Below, piece after piece: positions 62,596 through 64,000 of a DNA stretch of 64,000 nt. Source of the DNA: Octopus bimaculoides (lineage: Eukaryota); assembly GCF_001194135.2 (NCBI RefSeq), contig NC_069001.1:3853880-3917879 (forward strand), in the 5' to 3' direction. The notes under the pieces were generated by a model. The model saw only the letters and a program-made list of their open reading frames with translations, did no database searches and had not been told where the DNA came from. A program made the translations under genes and the position numbers. The first letter of the stretch is position 1. Each line of letters opens with the position of its first letter.

Positions 62596-62880
62596 GGTAT
62601 GATAAAAAAAAAAGGGATGTCAGAAACAACTAGATAAGATCCCAGGAGAACCATGTCTCAGAGAAATTCAAAAGATTGTGCTGACAAGTACTGCCCACAT
62701 CCTTGGAAAAACCCTATCAATTTAAATGTCTGTGTTGTATTACATGAAGATATATCACTACCTCCCCTCCACAAGCTTTCAGTCATATTCTAACATCTCT
62801 TATCCTTCACTCGCCCCAGGATGCTTGGTGTGTCTCGGCAAGTGACTGTAACAAAGATGCAGATTAAAAGTGAAATAATA
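62596..62880 (+). mobile_element. R4/Dong-like retrotransposon, heavily 5'-truncated, flanked by (TAA)n
   Basis: GMIKK / GCQKQLDKIPGEPCLREIQKIVLTSTAHILGKTLSI* (62615-62725). (AAT)n on the 5' side (62512-62595) and aataataataat on the 3' side. Confidence 0.88.
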
Positions 62881-63013
62881 ATAATATTGATAATAATATT
62901 GATAATAATGGTTTCAAATTTTGGCACAAGGTAAGCAATTTCAGGGAAGGAGGCTAGTCGATTACAATAGACACCACTAGGATAAGAACTAAACTCTAAA
63001 AGAAAAATAAGTA

Positions 63014-63268
63014 CTTCTTGACCTCCATCCTCCCTCCTGTGTCTGCCCTCCACCTCCAGTTCCTTCCGACATTGTCTCACAACCAAAGAAAGAATTAGTG
63101 TGTAAAATTAAGACAAATTTAGAATATTATAGAAGAAACGGTAGGCTTGGACAGGTAAGAATGTCTTATAGTGCCTATCATTGTTGTTGTTTGGCCCAAG
63201 ATTTGCTCAAGAACCTTTCAAGATGGTACTCCAGCATGGTTTCAGTTCACTGACAGAAATGAGGTAGG

Positions 63269-63336
<68 letters not shown>

Positions 63337-64000
63337 CAGACAGATAGATAGATAGATATAGATAGATAGATAGATAGATAGACAAATAGATAGATAGATA
63401 GATAGATAGACTGAGGGAAAGAGAGAGAAAGGCAGGGAGACAGATAGACCGAGAGAGGAGGAGATTAAGAGACTAAAGTTATGTTTAATACTGTAAAATT
63501 AATAATAACTAGGAGCTATTTATGGCAATCAGTCCTGTATTAAGGTTAAGAATGATTAATTAAAACCTATACATGTCCTGTAAATGTGTCCTGGTAACTT
63601 CCCCATCATCCTCAAACTCCCGACCCCCACCCTGCTTCGGCATTCACCTCACCTGTCCTCCTCGCATCCTTTCAGTCACTCCACTTCAAAGTACACAGTT
63701 CGTAATTTAATTTCGCATGTTGCATCCTCCACGTGCTGTTGCAACACATTTACTTTTCAGAAAGAGATCAAAGTCATTTCGATTACATCATTAAAGTAAC
63801 AGAAAGCCAACCCAGCTTCCTTTCTTCTTGACCTTCATCCTCCCTCCCTGCCTTGCCCACCACCTCCAGTTTCTTCCGACATTGTCTCACAACCAAAGAA
63901 AGAATTAGTGTGTGAAATTAAGACAAATTTGGAAGATTATAGCAGAAATGGTAGGCTTAGACAGATAAGAATGTCTTATGGTATCTGTCATTGTTGTTGT
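63014..64000. repeat. Direct duplication with exactly 810-bp period (63014-63190 vs 63824-64000+)
   Basis: Ungapped 177-bp homology, roughly 85-90% identical, cut by the window end. Confidence 0.92.
63265..63410. repeat. (GATA)n/(GACA)n microsatellite
   Basis: Read directly. Other long SSRs at 9395-9480, 13330-13396, 21950-22020, 27165-27205, 39958-40015, 40470-40547, 61623-61691. Confidence 0.95.

Overview
Eukaryotic, AT-rich, repeat-saturated DNA from a gappy short-read assembly (15 N-gaps, roughly 6 kb). The SINE families and microsatellite load look like Octopus (O. bimaculoides-type draft); this is recognition from memory, not a database result. I cannot support any intact protein-coding gene, rRNA, tRNA gene or CRISPR array, and almost all listed ORFs are microsatellite, gap or SINE artefacts, so the window is probably intronic or intergenic. 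Supported content: (i) five short interspersed families with many copies, called here A, C, D (tRNA-headed SINEs) and B, F (no clear tRNA head); (ii) 3' relics of non-LTR retrotransposons: three R4/Dong-like, each abutting (TAA)n, three RTE-like, one HERO-like, and one LINE-like 3' end sharing its tail with SINE C; (iii) DNA-transposon relics: a mariner MITE, an internally deleted maT/DD37D-like transposase, hAT MITEs with 8-bp TSDs, and TTAA-flanked piggyBac-like MITEs; (iv) Penelope-like terminal fragments sitting in (TA)n. Best leads: two homologous old repeats (about 24351-24465 and 37300-37412) centred on a minimal type-I hammerhead ribozyme core, with the invariant core residues still present in the second copy; an 810-bp-period duplication carrying two candidate 81-nt phase-1/1 exons (63060-63140, 63870-63950); a CpG-rich island with both strands open (44322-44541); a SINE fold-back (49058-49459) that would be an ADAR substrate if transcribed; and head-to-tail self-arrays of SINEs.
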